In this document: positions 22,401 through 35,201 of the stretch, in pieces
How the letters are laid out: each line of letters opens with the position of its first letter
How positions within the stretch are numbered: the stretch's first letter is position 1
Assembly: GCA_037447605.1 (NCBI GenBank)
Contig: CM074805.1
Coordinates: 248,001-312,000, forward strand
Direction: 5' to 3'
Source: Zygnema circumcarinatum SAG 698-1b
Taxonomy: Eukaryota; Plantae; Zygnematophyceae
DNA: 64,000 nucleotides
Notes under the pieces: generated by a model
What the model was told of the DNA's origin: nothing
The model's database searches: none
The model's input: the letters and a program-made list of their open reading frames with translations, nothing else
Translations under genes and position numbers: made by a program

Positions 22401-24612
22401 CATGTGCGATTGTGCCCAGCCTGCAAACGATGATGTTTTACTACCAAACAAATGCATTGCACCTGGACGCCGCCTTTCTTGGAACTGCGCGGGTTGTGGG
22501 CTGGGGGGGGCTCATGGCGGGAACGCTCCTCTACAATGCCTATCTTAAGAGGGCCCCCCTTCGCTCTATCTTCTTGTGAGTGAAGGGATCTCTCTATCTC
22601 TCTCTTCCTCTCTCTTTATCATTTTTACTCTCGTTTCCTCCTGCCTCGGCGTAATGCTCTGTCGTCTTTGCTCCCTCTCCTCCCTCGCCCAGTTCCCTTC
22701 ACTATCTCCTCCTCCTCCCTCTCTTTCTCTCTCTCTCTCTCGTGCTGCCCTCCCTTAATCAACGATTGCTTCGTAAACTTCGATGTTTTTTGTTTTTCCC
22801 TTCAGGTGGGTCCATGTGCTCCTTGCTATATGCACCGTTTCGGACGCACTCCTTGTGCTACGGATAAATTTACGTCTCGGTTTGCCTGACAAAGTCTGGG
22901 TTCTCGGAGCGTCAGCACTGACGGATGCTATCAATCAGTTCAAGTAAGCAAAAACTTAAAACTCTTCATCAGTAGTCCTAGTTTAAACATGTGTTTATTT
23001 ATTTATTTTTCGAGGATGTTAAAAATGCTAAGCATTTGGAGCACTAGGCTCTCATCTAGGAAATATGTGAGGATCATATGGGTGCGTTGTGGGGCGTATG
23101 CCATTTCAACTTTGCAATTCATTACGGAAGTGGGCGAGCAGGGGGCGTGAAGAGTGGAGGAAAATGGGAGGAGGGAGTGAATAGGGAGGTAAAGTGACAG
23201 GAATTAAAATACAGAGGGTAAGAGAGCATGAGAAAGAAGGAACGTGGGGAACGAAGAAGGTGCAAGCCGTACAGGGGAGGAGAAAGGTCAAGCATGTTGA
23301 GTAGAAAAGGACTAGTGTGTGGTAATAAGAGGCGCACATGGGGGAGAGAGAGCTGAGGGGAAGGGAGGGGGAGGAGCCGGGGGCTAAATAGCGAGAAGAA
23401 GGTCGCGTTAAGTATTTGGAAAGAATACGGAGTGGCAGACAGAGTCGCACAAAGAGCACGAAGAGAGAGTGAGGGGGGAGGGGGGTGAGGAGGGAGAGGA
23501 GAGTGGGAGCGGGAGCTGGAGCGGGAGAGCGAGAGAGCGAGAGGCAGGGAGAGAGAGAGAGAGAGATAGATAAAGAAAGAGAGAGAGATTCCTGCCTCAC
23601 CCCCTCCCCCCCCCATGTGCAGGTTCATGCCCTTCCTTGTCCTCTCTGCGCGGCTCTGCCCTCCCGGCATTGAGGGCACCCTCTTCGCCGTGTTCATGTC
23701 GGCGTACAACCTTGGCGGCACCATCAGCGGGTACCTCGGCGCCTCCCTCGCGGCCGCTCTGCAGGTCTCCGCACACTCCTTCGAGCGTCTCTCCCTCGGC
23801 CTCGCCATCCAGGCGGCCTGCACGCTGCTGCCCATCCTCCTGCTCTTCATGATTCCGAAAGACATTGGAGGTACGCGAGAGAGAAGAAGGGGAGGAGGAG
23901 GGGGGGGGGGGGGGGGGGGGNNNNNNNNNNGGGGGGGGGGGGGGGGGGGGGGGGAGGGGGGGAGGGCATTGCAGTCTTTAGGGAGGTTGGGGTTTCTTAA
24001 AGGTTTATAGGGATTGTTGGTCTTTAGGGTTTGAGGGTAGGTTTGCAGGTTTTTTAGGCTTTAATGGTTTCTTCAAGTTTTGAGGGGTTCGAGGGACTGG
24101 AAAGGGGTGGAGAGGTGAAAGCAGAAACGAGTGCTAATAGGGAAGGGGGAGAATGAGAGGCAAAGGGATTGATATTGAGAGTGTGAGGGAGAGAGGCGTA
24201 GCTGACGGAGATTTTGAAAGGAGGGAGATTCATAAGCCGGGAAGCAGGCAAGAGAGGGGAGAGAGGCGAGAGAGGGGGAAGGGGGAAGGGGAGGCAGTTG
24301 GGGGGGGAGGGGGGGGGGGGAGAGGAGGGATGGGGAGAGGGAAGAGTAGGAGTGAGAGGGAGAGGGAGATGAGAGAGGAAGAGGGAGATGTGAAAGGAAG
24401 GATTGGTTCAGGGAGAGAGGGGGATAGGGCGAGGGAGAGGAGGGATGGGGAGAGGGAAGAGTGGGAGGGAGAGGGAGAGGGAGAGGAGGTGTTTGCAGGA
24501 GCGGAGCCCTGATGTTTTTTGCGGCATTGCTGTGACTTGGGTGAATGCAGGCACCGCTGAGCAGAGTCAAGTAAAGGTCCTCATTGAAGGAGAGCACGAG
24601 AAGCAAATATGA
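19484..24612 (+). CDS. Folate-biopterin transporter (BT1/FBT family, MFS)
   Basis: Exons 19484-19567, 19781-19908, 20561-20782, 20946-21869, 22378-22575, 22806-22943, 23623-23870 and 24551-24612 join in frame. Motifs: PWSIKPVYG, SAMADVVIDAMVAE, AGDLQTLSW, FMPFLVLSARLCPPGIEGTLFA. Confidence 0.92.
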
Positions 24613-24997
24613 GGAAACGGCTATTTTTTTCCACCCTTTTCCCCCGATTTGCTTGCTTTGTACCAAAATTAGTATTAATTTCTTGTATCTAAACATTTTC
24701 TTGTCAACTTGGAAAAAGAATCATGTCTTTCATTGTACGAATGTTGTCAATGGCGACACTTGGAGCGCGTTCCACCTTGAACATGACTCTAAAAAACATT
24801 TTTACTTGGAAACAAGAAAACTCAATTTAAGGAGAGGCCTTGGAGGTAATGGAGAGTGTGGGAAAAAGAGACAAAACAAACGAAATAATTCATTTACATT
24901 GAACACAGTGCACGATAAACTTAGAACATAATGAATTTGAATTCACAGATGGAAAAAGATGAGAGCCCCCTCCTTTGAAAAGACCCTCCCGGTGACC

Positions 24998-26258
24998 TCA
25001 GTGCAAGCAGCAGGGCTTGTCCTTGGACTCCTCTGACTTAGTGAGGTCGATCGATTTTTGAGGGAGGTCGCAGTCATCATCGGCTTGGGAGAGGGCGGAC
25101 TTCTTGCTCATGGTCCAATAGATGTCGTGCAAAGCTTTGGTGAAGCAGTCCTCGACATTGGTGGCGTCTCTGGCGGAGGTTTCCACGAAGTAGAACTTCT
25201 CACGCTCTGCAGAGGCAAAGGTTGGACTCCAAATTGATGAATTGACAAAGAAATGAGGATGATGGTAAGGATGTCGTGATGATGATGATGATGATGATGA
25301 TGCAGAATAGAAGAGGAATGTTGGAAACATTCAAACATCAACACAGACCTGCATACAACTTCGCTCTTTCAGTAGAAACTGCGCGAATCTGCTCCAAATC
25401 AGACTTATTCCCGACAAGAGCGATGGTGATGGAAGCATCCCCATGTTGCCTCAGCTCCTTCAGCCACCGGTCGACATTGTCAAAGGTGATGGCTCGAGTG
25501 ATGTCATACACGAGGAGAGCTCCCACCGCCCCGCGATAATACGCGCTTGTGATCGACCGGTACCTCTCTTGCCCGGCCATGTCCCAGATCTGCGCTTTGA
25601 TAGTCTTGCCCTCCACCTGGAAGGAGGACAGAAGGGAGTCGTCAAAATGTATGTGTCCACATGCTTTATGGTATGGCATGCGCGCATGCATGCATGGACA
25701 GAGGCATGGATGGGTGGGTACACCCATGCATGTATGCTGGCGGGACACGCAGACTGCATGTGCACATGCGAGCATGTCGCATGCAAAAAGGATGGCTCAT
25801 CACTTGCTGATTTCAGCATGTAGTGGAGTAGACGAAAAAAAAGGTTGATGTTCGAAGGAAGCTAAATTGCAGGAAGGGAAGGAACTGTAGGTGCAGTTCC
25901 AACAGCAACACAAACAACAAAGAAAACAATGCGAGAGAAGAAGAAAAGAAAAGTATAAGCACGCAACACCCCCCCTCCCTTCCACTTCCCTTCCTTTCNN
26001 NNNNNNNNTTCCCTTCCTTTCCCCCCCCCCCCCCCCCAACCCAAAAAGCTTAATCATCACCTTTATGCTCCGCGTCGCAAATTCGACTCCGATCGTCGAT
26101 TTCGACTCAAGATGAAACTCCCCTCTCGTAAACCGAGAAATTAAATTCGATTTTCCCACACCCGAATCGCCCACCAGCACCACTTTGAACAAAAAATCAT
26201 AGTCGTCGTCAGGCTTGTGAGAGGCGGGGCGCCCCCCCGAAGCCCTCTTCATTGACAT
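24998..26258 (-). CDS. RabA/Rab11-family small GTPase, divergent paralog
   Basis: Exons 26258-26061, 25616-25349 and 25206-24998. Motifs: [32 protein letters not shown] and C-terminal CCLH prenylation motif. Confidence 0.93.
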
Positions 26259-27861
26259 GGGTTCTAGGGTTGATTCTGAACCCTTAAATAATTAAACAAT
26301 TAACCCTTAAAGATTGAAACTCCTCCGGGCCTAAAGATCGCACAATAGCGGCGAGTTCATTGCAAGCGGAATCCACTGCAAGGGTTCCTTGAGACAGGTG
26401 GAAGAGAGAGGCACAGAGGGAGGGGAGGAAGCGAAGGAGAGAGGGGGAGAGGGAGAGGGAAAAAAGGAGGTTAGAGTGATCACGAGGGAGCGAAAGAAGG
26501 GAGGGAAGAGGAGAAAAAAGAAAAGAGCGGGAGGAGGAGAAGGAGAGCGTCGCAGAGTGGGCAAGGGAGGGAAGGCGAGGTTGTGGGTATAAGAAGGCGA
26601 AATAGACAGACAGAGGAAGAGAGAGAGAGACAGAAGAGGAGAGAGAGATAGACAGAGAGAGATAAAATGGAGGAGAAGGGTGGTAGAGAGACGGAGGAAA
26701 ATGAGAGTACCCAATAGAGTGAGAGAGAAGGAGAGAGGGAGGGGGTGAGGGACAGGGAGCGAGAGGGGAGGAGAGAGAAACAGAAGAAGAGAAAGGGAGA
26801 GAGAAGGGAGGAGAAGGGTGGTAGAGAGGCGGAGAAAAGCGAGAGTTCCCAATAGGGAGAGGGAGAGAGAGAGAGAGAGAGAGGAAGGGAGGTAGGGAGG
26901 GACGGAGGGAGAGAGGGAGGGCGAGAAGGAAGGCCCTGCAGTGGCCCCCATCCTCCCTCCCAGTTCCGCGGCGGGACCGCTGGACGCTGACACGTCATGT
27001 CACGTCACGCCGCACCGCAATTGGGATGATGATGGACATGGGAATTTTCGGGCCGTACGGTACGAACAGATGGGGTTCCATGTGTGACACGCAACTGAGG
27101 GTTTTTACCCTCGTCAGGGCTCGAACCGCTGACCTCCGAAACTGCAACAGTCGCGCCGCGCGGCACGCGCCCACGACCGCGCAGAATAATTCGCCGCGGG
27201 TGCCATGTGGCATCGCTGTACGGATGTCCCTTTGCAGCTCCGGGTGGCTGTACGGCGCGAGCGAGCCCCCGACAAAATGAGATCCGTTTCGGATCGGGGT
27301 GCCGGATATGTTCATACTTTAGTTTTTTTTTGGCGGATCTGATGGTCCAATCGGGTGGCAAGCAGGGATTGTATCCACGTTGGCATAGTGACTAGATTGC
27401 GATCTGGGAGTCTAAAAGATACGGAAGCACAATTGAAAGGCAGCCGTATGGCGAGGACGAGATCGTGATCTGCTCAGATTCTTTCAAATGATCATTCAGC
27501 TGCAAGTATCTCACATGCGGTGTGCTATCTTGTTGAGAAACAGTACTTTATTTCACCGCATCGTGACACGTTTTATTTCTCGTATCCATTTTGCAAAATA
27601 CGGAATCGTCCTATACTCGCTGTGAACTGTACGGCTGTGATTTGCTGTCGAGTTGCGATGGATTCTTGGAGAAGATTCTCACATGCCGTCACTCTGATTC
27701 TGTTCCGTGCTTTCGGCCATGTCATCCGCTGCTTGACCCCTCCATCGATCTCAATTTCGTGCGATGTGGTCCCGCTCGCCCATTGGTCGCCGTCAGCCAA
27801 AAGCGTCACCTGCAACTCGTCATGGGAACGACCGGGAAATGTGGTCCCATACGTACAATTA

Positions 27862-28018
27862 GGGGGTGTCAGACTTAACAAAATCTTACGAAAAGCGTTA
27901 CGAAAAAAAAGGTTACGAAAGTACTCCGCCGCAGGAGGATCGCGATTATACTGGAGTACTCGTTCTGATGTCAAACTTACGAACACGCGTACTGAAATTT
28001 TTTAAGTCTGACACTCCC
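27862..28018. mobile_element. MITE, 157 bp, with 17-bp TIRs and TA flanks
   Basis: GGGGGTGTCAGACTTAA (27862-27878) and TTAAGTCTGACACTCCC (28002-28018) are inverted with one mismatch. TA lies at 27860-27861 and 28019-28020. Confidence 0.7.
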
Positions 28019-28047
28019 TATTGAGGATTTTATGGATGGGGTAAAGT

Positions 28048-28255
28048 GGTGCCGCACATCGATCGGCGACCTTCGCGGCTGCTTCGAGGGAGGGCTTGAA
28101 GCGTTGTTGAGCCTAGGCGTAGCTTTCAGCTCCTAGCTTTTTTCTTATGTGCTTAGGTCCTTTGCGACTGGTTTTTTCGTGGTTCCCCGTGATGATTTTT
28201 TCCATGTACATTTGATGGCATCATCGCCATTGCGAGATCAATGTCACATCCTTTC
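28048..28255 (+). repeat. Dispersed repeat; a single arm of the foldback family at 62941-63525
   Basis: It matches the reverse complement of 62941-63140 (GTGCCGCACATCGATCGG...TTCGAGGGAGGGCTTGAAGCG...CCATGTACATTTGATGGC) and directly matches 63400-63527. Confidence 0.8.
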
Positions 28256-28279
28256 ATGGTAAAGAGGAGTTGTGGGGTG

Positions 28280-31200
28280 CGAGTTCATGTGAAATATAAA
28301 ATAAAAAGTTGGTTTTGTTCGTGACATTACCGTTGTTGTTGTTGTTCCTTCAAGTTGTTGCACATGTCGGTGCTCGTCCGCGTACAATCCAAAAATGTCA
28401 GTGCCCCGTCCAGGTGCAAAAATGTTAGAGTCAATACAGTACCATCTGCTTGAAATGACTGTACGGCCGATGCGCGCCAGGCTGGCTCACACCTGCGCAT
28501 GGCATGCATCGCGCTGCTGACATGGCGCCACGTGGCAGCGCACCTTCCGTCCACGCCAGTGGATATAGTATTGGCGGCCGGCGGAGACGAGAGGACAGGT
28601 CGGGCTCCCTCGGGGGACGGGACGGGCCGAGGCGAGCCGGGGCCTAGGGAGAGGCGAGGGAGCGGGGACTCGGGAGAGGCGAGGGAGCGGGAGGAGTAGG
28701 AGGGAGAGGGAGAGGGAGAGGGAGAGGGAGAGGGGACTCAGGGGATGGGAGGGGAGGGGCGCGGCCAGGGCGGGGCGCGGCATGGCATGGCATGGCATGC
28801 GGGCATGGAGAGGGCCGCTCTGTGGGGGGGTGCATGTGCGCCGAGGATGGCGGGAGTCAGGGGAGAGAGGGGAGGGGAGGGGAGGGGAGCACAGGGCGTG
28901 GCACGGCATGGCATGGGGGTATGGAGGGACGGGGCTATGGGGGAGGGCGCTCTGTGGGTTCTGCGTGTTTGCGAGGATGGCGGAGAGCTCTCTCGAACTT
29001 GTGATGAGGATGGGAGATGAAAGTGAGTAAAATCCATGGTTGTGCAATACCATGCTGCGCTTTGCTATAATCCGTTGGTGGGTGTTGTGGGGCGGATGTG
29101 TCTGCTCGCGAGCTTGGGCATGTTCATCTTCTTTCTTTCTTGAAATGTTCATAGTCATGTTTTAGGAACGCAGGGGTCGTCTAGACGGTGTGTGGGGACA
29201 TGGGGGAAGAAGCGGAAGAGAACGAGGAGGGGAAACGAGGGCGTGGCGATACCTTTCGTTTCTTCGTCTATTTGATCGATGATTTGCGTATGCTGACGTC
29301 GCCTGATGCCGTGCACTTTTTGTCGCGGTGTGATGCGTGTTGCGTTGCATGGGACTGCATGGTTCTGCCGGCTAGTGATGCGGTTGGACTGACGGCATGC
29401 ATGGCGCAGGAATTTGTCGACGCGTGCGGGCGTTCGATTGGAGTGTGATGTTTTGTCACGCAATGCCGTAGCCGTCCGATAGAACGCCACGTGGCATTGC
29501 GTTGTAAGTGCAATACGTTGCACAAGTCAGGTAGAACTCTTTCCTTGCAACTTGCCTTTGCGCCCTTAACTTGCCTTTAAGAATTTTTTCGTTGCTAGCA
29601 ATGGTTTTTTCGGTCCCATTTGGATATTTTTGAACCTGTCGTAGTGAGATTCGATTCTAAGTTGTTAGTCAGCCCTTTAATAGCCTTCATATAACACGAA
29701 TTCTTGGATTGTTGGTGGCGGTATCAATAGCATTTTGCTGTCTGGTAGATTTTTTGTCGCGGTCACAGACCTTTTTAGCATTTGTATAAGGAGTTTTACA
29801 GACGTTGACAAGGTCAACGAGTGCGGCAAAAAGTCCGCCACGCGGCAAGACGCCATTGATACACCCACTGACAATTCAAGGATTAGCTTCGTGTTTTGTT
29901 GATGCTGTCGAAGAGTTGACTAATAATTGAAAATCAAATTTCGTTGCGGCAGGTTCAAAATTGTCCAAAGGAAACTGAAGAAACAATTGTATTTTTTAGG
30001 GTCTAAAATCACCAATTATCGTGAGAGATGGCAATTTTTTGACTAAGATGTATTTTATAAATTGAATTTGCTTTTAGAAATTGATAAAGTAATTGTTCTT
30101 TCCAAAAAAAGTGTTCTTTTATTGTGAGGGTCAGTTTCACTGTTGTAAGAGGTTTAAAATTTAACTCAATTCAATTGCAATTTCAAATTTTTTTTTTTGA
30201 TTCAATTTTTTTTTTTTTCTTGTGTTATGAAACATGGCGAGGGCGAGGGCGAGAGCGAATGGCGCCTCCAAGACCTTCAGGGCGTTAAGAGTCTTGTTGA
30301 AACATAAATTGCTTAACGGCGGTCCCTTAGAAGCACAGTAATCACTTAAAATGTAGGCCATCTTGTAAGGTTCATTTTGAGATAAGTTGTTATCATTTCG
30401 TTTTGCACTTGATTATTCAGTTGAAGTTCCAACTCTCATAGTGTAGGGTGTGAGAGGGTAGCAAAACCTCTGCCCATACTCTCTAAACACATTTTTTTTG
30501 ACCTACCTTCACGTTTTTTTGATGTGGACGATTAAGTTTGTTTTTTGACTGTTTTGTCATTGTTATGTTCAACTTGGAAAGAAAATAACCTTTCTTTGAG
30601 CCTGTTGTTTTGTTCCACAATGATTGATCAATTGCTTGATTGTTTCATGCATGATTGGGGGCATCACTTGTCTCAAAACTAGAATTATTATGGACATAAG
30701 GAGTGCGTATCCTTCAGCTCCGTTCACTACCGTTATTCTCCCTCCTTCCATGCGTCCTTCCTCTCTTCCCTCCTTGCCTCCCTCCCTCCCCCTATGTTCT
30801 TAAGGACCGTACAAGCCTTAGCTCAAGTCTTCCTCCCTCGCCCCCTCTTACGTACTGCCCAGCCGCCAGAACATCGTACTTGTGCGCCCATTGGGGCACG
30901 CCCGCCCGCACTTGTGCCGCTGTAGCGTAACGGAGCTGCGCTCGACGGATCCGCGTCCGTTCAGTTGTACTTGACATATTCATATTCAGTGTCACGGACC
31001 GGCATAATCCAGGAGTTGCCAGTTGTACTTGACATATTCATATTCAGTGTCACGGACCGGCATAANNNNNNNNNNTCACTCATCTCGGGCACCGCCTCGG
31101 CATCAATGGCCTGAAACCATCACTTGACAAGATTGAAGCGATTGACCTTATGCCGATTCCACAGAACCTCACTCAGCTCAAGTCTTTCTTGGGACTCACC

Positions 31201-34200
31201 TCATTCTATCGCCGGTTCATCAAGGGCTATGCCCTTATCGCGCGTCCCCTACATGCCTTGGAGAAGCACGGAGTCCACTATGAATGGAGCCGAGCGCAGG
31301 ATTTGGCCTTCCAAGCGCTCAAGAGTGCCCTCCTTCAGGCTCCTTGCTTGCATCAATTCGACCCCACCCTTCCCACCATTTTTGACGCTGACTGGAGTCA
31401 GACAGGCTTTGGGGCACTGCCAATCAAGCATTTCTGATGGTATACCTGCCTGAGCCATGTGTGAAAGGATTGTTTGGAAACCCAGACCAAGCACAGCCCT
31501 TACCAAGGGCCAGGAACGGCTATCCTTGCAGCTTGAGGAATCCAAGTCTTCAGACTGCATGACTCCCATTGTTATCCTGACTGACTCACATGCCAGCCCA
31601 CTGGTGCTACATCATGGCTATCCTGCCATCACAGAGTCCCCACGATGGGTGATGAAGTTGGAGGAGCAATGTACTCAAAGTCACTCTGTGTGCCCCGCTT
31701 CTAAGTCACTGATGTTGGCGGTGGCCCAGCTGAATCCTTTGGTTTCATTTGCCACGTCCCCGCCGAACCCATCCCTCCACCCCACCCTCTTTAACCCCGA
31801 ACATCTTCTCATTGAGATTTCATTGCAGATTAGACCACTATGTCACATCTGCGCATGGGCCAATCGAGATTCCGGGCCACATCATCACTTCTCATCGCTG
31901 GAGGACCTCACTTCACTCACGCCACTCGAACTTGGATCCGTGGAACCCTCACTACTATGACTGCCAAGCTCCCTTTCCTCCCCATTTCCCCAGCTGCTCA
32001 AATGACGTCCATTCTGACTCCTCCCTTCTGCGCTACGTCATGACTCGCACATTGCCCCCTTTTTTCACGGACACCGAGAGGGCTCGGCTGCTCCGCCGCT
32101 CTCGGAATTTCTCTGTTGATGATGAAGGACAGATTCTCTACCTCCCCTCTGGCCTTCCTGTTCCTTTCCCCAACGAACGCATGGAAATTCTGGACGTCGC
32201 CCACGATGCCCAGCCTGGCGGCTTCCACCTTGGCCAGAAGAAGATGGTGGCCCTGCTTCAGGAGCGCTACTATTGGCCTGGCCTCCATGGCGCGGTGAGC
32301 CGCTACATCGAAACCTGCACCCGCTGCCAACGCGGCAAGCGCTCTGCTCCCCCCGAACGCCAACCCCTGGAGATGGGTGAGATCCCCATACGAGGCGTCG
32401 CCGAAGATTGGAACATTGACACCGTTTCTATCCCCTAGCTCGGCACCCCCTCTGGCTACATTTGGGTCTTCTGAGCAACGGGAGACACCAGAAGGTGGGA
32501 GTCCATGCTGGAGTCTAAGAGTCGACCTCACTGTCACTCTACGGCCATCATTCACCGTCATTCTCTCCCCTACTCTGTCCACTCTGACAATGGCACCGAA
32601 TACAAGGGGGCGTTTGCCAAGCTCATGCAGGACTTCCGCATCATTCACCGCACCTCTAGCCCCTACTCCCCCTGGCAGAATGGGCTTGGAGAGCCGTATG
32701 TGAGGGTGAGATGCATACATTCGCAGCTCCAAAGACTGGAGGCAAGATGGCAAGTCATCTCCTGGTCTTCAGCGTCAAGCACCTCTGTCGCTCCTCCAGC
32801 TCGGATCTTCTCCCTCAGGCTCCTCTATGGCGTAAGCCCCGCATTCCCCTTGACCTCCTCTCTCCTCGGGGCCCCTCTTACTCAATGAGCGCGCCTCCCC
32901 GATCGGTCGCCAGGCTTGAGCTCCTGCGCCCTCCACTGCAACCCTGAGCTCCATGGCCTCCCACCACCTCGGGCACGCGCACGGGCGACAACTCACCGAC
33001 TCAAAGGCGCGACACATCTCTCAGGCCAAGTAAGGTCGCGCCGTCAGCTCATTTGGTCAGGAATCTCACCAGACCGGCTCAACGCGCTCCGTGGTTGGGC
33101 CCCTTCCTGTGTCGGTCCGCCCGGTCAGGATGGACCATCATTTGGAAGGCCCTGACTCTGGGTGTGGAGCACAGCTGGCCGTGGCAGTGTGATGAACATG
33201 GGTGCGCACGTGGCGGTCCTCCCCAGGGATGGCTGACGCTGAGCACCGGCATCACGACCTGCTCGTCTCCCAGCCATGGCATGGTGTCTCTGATCCCACC
33301 ACTTTTTTGCCCACTTCGCCACCATTTTCCAGTCTGCCGTATCTTTCGATTTTGAATTTGTCTTACTCCCTCCTCCACCTCCGGTCCTGCCGATACTCCC
33401 CATTGCCGAATGTACGCGGAAGCTTCTCCACACGGCCACCGACTCGCCTAACCCGTCCACGTCATCATTGGCTCCTCCCCTGCCCTTTGTCTCTTCTTCA
33501 GTTGCAGCAGGCATCTGCACTTGTTTTCCCCCAGCATGTGCTGCGTGTGCGTGACGGGCTGCGCTCGACGGATGCGCGTCTCCTTCATTGTCCTTGACAT
33601 ATTCATGTCAATGTCACGCGCGTAATCCAAAGTGGGCGGAAACTGTGGGAGGCGGCGCCATGTGTTGGCGGCCCACGGACGACAGCACAGCCGTGCGGCT
33701 GGCGCACTCGGAAGCGCCGCGGATGCCGCCGATTGTCCATCATTGACCAATCCCAAAGGCTCACGCGGTCGGTCAGCCACGGTGGGCGGCTGGGGCGTGG
33801 GCTGCAGCTGCTAAGGCTGAGGTCTGTTGTCAAGCGCTAAGTAGATGGGATGTCAGTGATGCTCGTTTGTCTTTTAGTGTTGGGCTTAGTGTTTGTATTT
33901 GCTGTGTGGTTTGTTGTCTTGTTCTTCTTTTCTTCCTCTTCAGTGACAGCAACAGATGCTAAGTGTGAGAGAGAGAGAGAGTTCCATGGCATAGAGAGAG
34001 AGAGAGAGAAAGAGTCTTCTTGCTGATAGCATTTAGACATCCCATTCAGCCCAGCCAGACAAAGATTCAAGTGAGAAGACGCTTNNNNNNNNNNACCCTT
34101 CATCAGTTTCAGCACGGACGCGCGAGTGGCCGTACAGCACCTGCAACTAGCTCAGCAATCTCCTTTTAACCCCACTTATCTTGTGCTACACCGGCCAGTC

Positions 34201-35201
34201 AAGGGCCGAGTCCTCCCTTCGTATGACCGTACTCGTACGGTCGTACGGTCGTACCACACCAAAATTAGGTCGTTTTGGCGTTGGCGTTGCGAAATGCGTC
34301 CGTTTGGTTCACTCTGTCTGTCGTACATTCGTACCGCATAATACCGTACATTCGTACGACTGTACGACCTTACATGTTGTAAAGGCGTTGTAAAGTAATA
34401 TATATCAGCCGTTATCTAGTCGTCACAGTTGTATAATATAATATATATTATATAGTCGTAATTAATCCATCCCTACCCCAAGGATAAGCCCCCGCGCCGC
34501 CGCTAACTCAGCGGCACATTGTACGTACGTGGAGGCCTCCCTATGGAAGGGCAAAGAGAGCCCAAAGTGGAGCCCTAAGTCACCCCCAAGGCTGCCTCCT
34601 GGCTGGACCCCCCCCGTGCTTGCAAGTGACATCAAGTCCCGAGAAGGGCTCGTTGCACATAGAATCGCGTTGGGGGGGCAAGGCTTTACATTCCATCCAC
34701 CACAAAAACTCTTATTAGCACTTAACATATTAGGTTGCTTAAGGCTTCAGCCTTTTCCCCTAAGTGTGATATGAAGCAGACGACGCAATGCATCATTATC
34801 CAATCATACCTCTCACAAGGTTTCAAATGGTATAGTTAGTGAAGAGTTGAGACACCTCCGAAGCTCCTGTAAAGCACTTTCCTTTTGGTCCTTTTCTTCT
34901 TATTTTAAATCATGCTTAGCAGAGTACAAGAAGCATCGGCCCATTGCCTTCAGCCTTGAGACAAAGCATTCACGACAAATTCAGGGTCTAACCGCATCCC
35001 GAATTTGAAGAATTCACGTCACTCGCATTGTAGAGAGCCTGAGACACAAGAGGGGAAAATTATGGCTTTTACATTGGCAAGAAAATGAGACAAGTGAGGC
35101 AGATGGACAATAGACTCATTCGTCGAGCCCCCTCAAGCTTCCACTTAAGTGTCCAACAACCTTCCTCACCAGTGGCATGCACGGTCACCTTATCAACAGT
35201 C
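28280..35201 (-). repeat. Right, inverted copy of 1990-5455, interrupted by an LTR retroelement and a ~250 bp insertion
   Basis: See the left copy. Homology resumes on both sides of 30921-34190. Confidence 0.88.

Noticed and set aside
26600-26900. ~60-bp imperfect duplication within the GA tract upstream of RabA
   Set aside because: Explained by slippage in purine-rich low-complexity DNA.
30963-31065. 45-bp direct repeat (30963-31007 vs 31021-31065) that could look like a CRISPR repeat-spacer unit
   Set aside because: Only two copies, abutting an N gap inside an LTR terminus; probably an assembly overlap. No array or cas genes.
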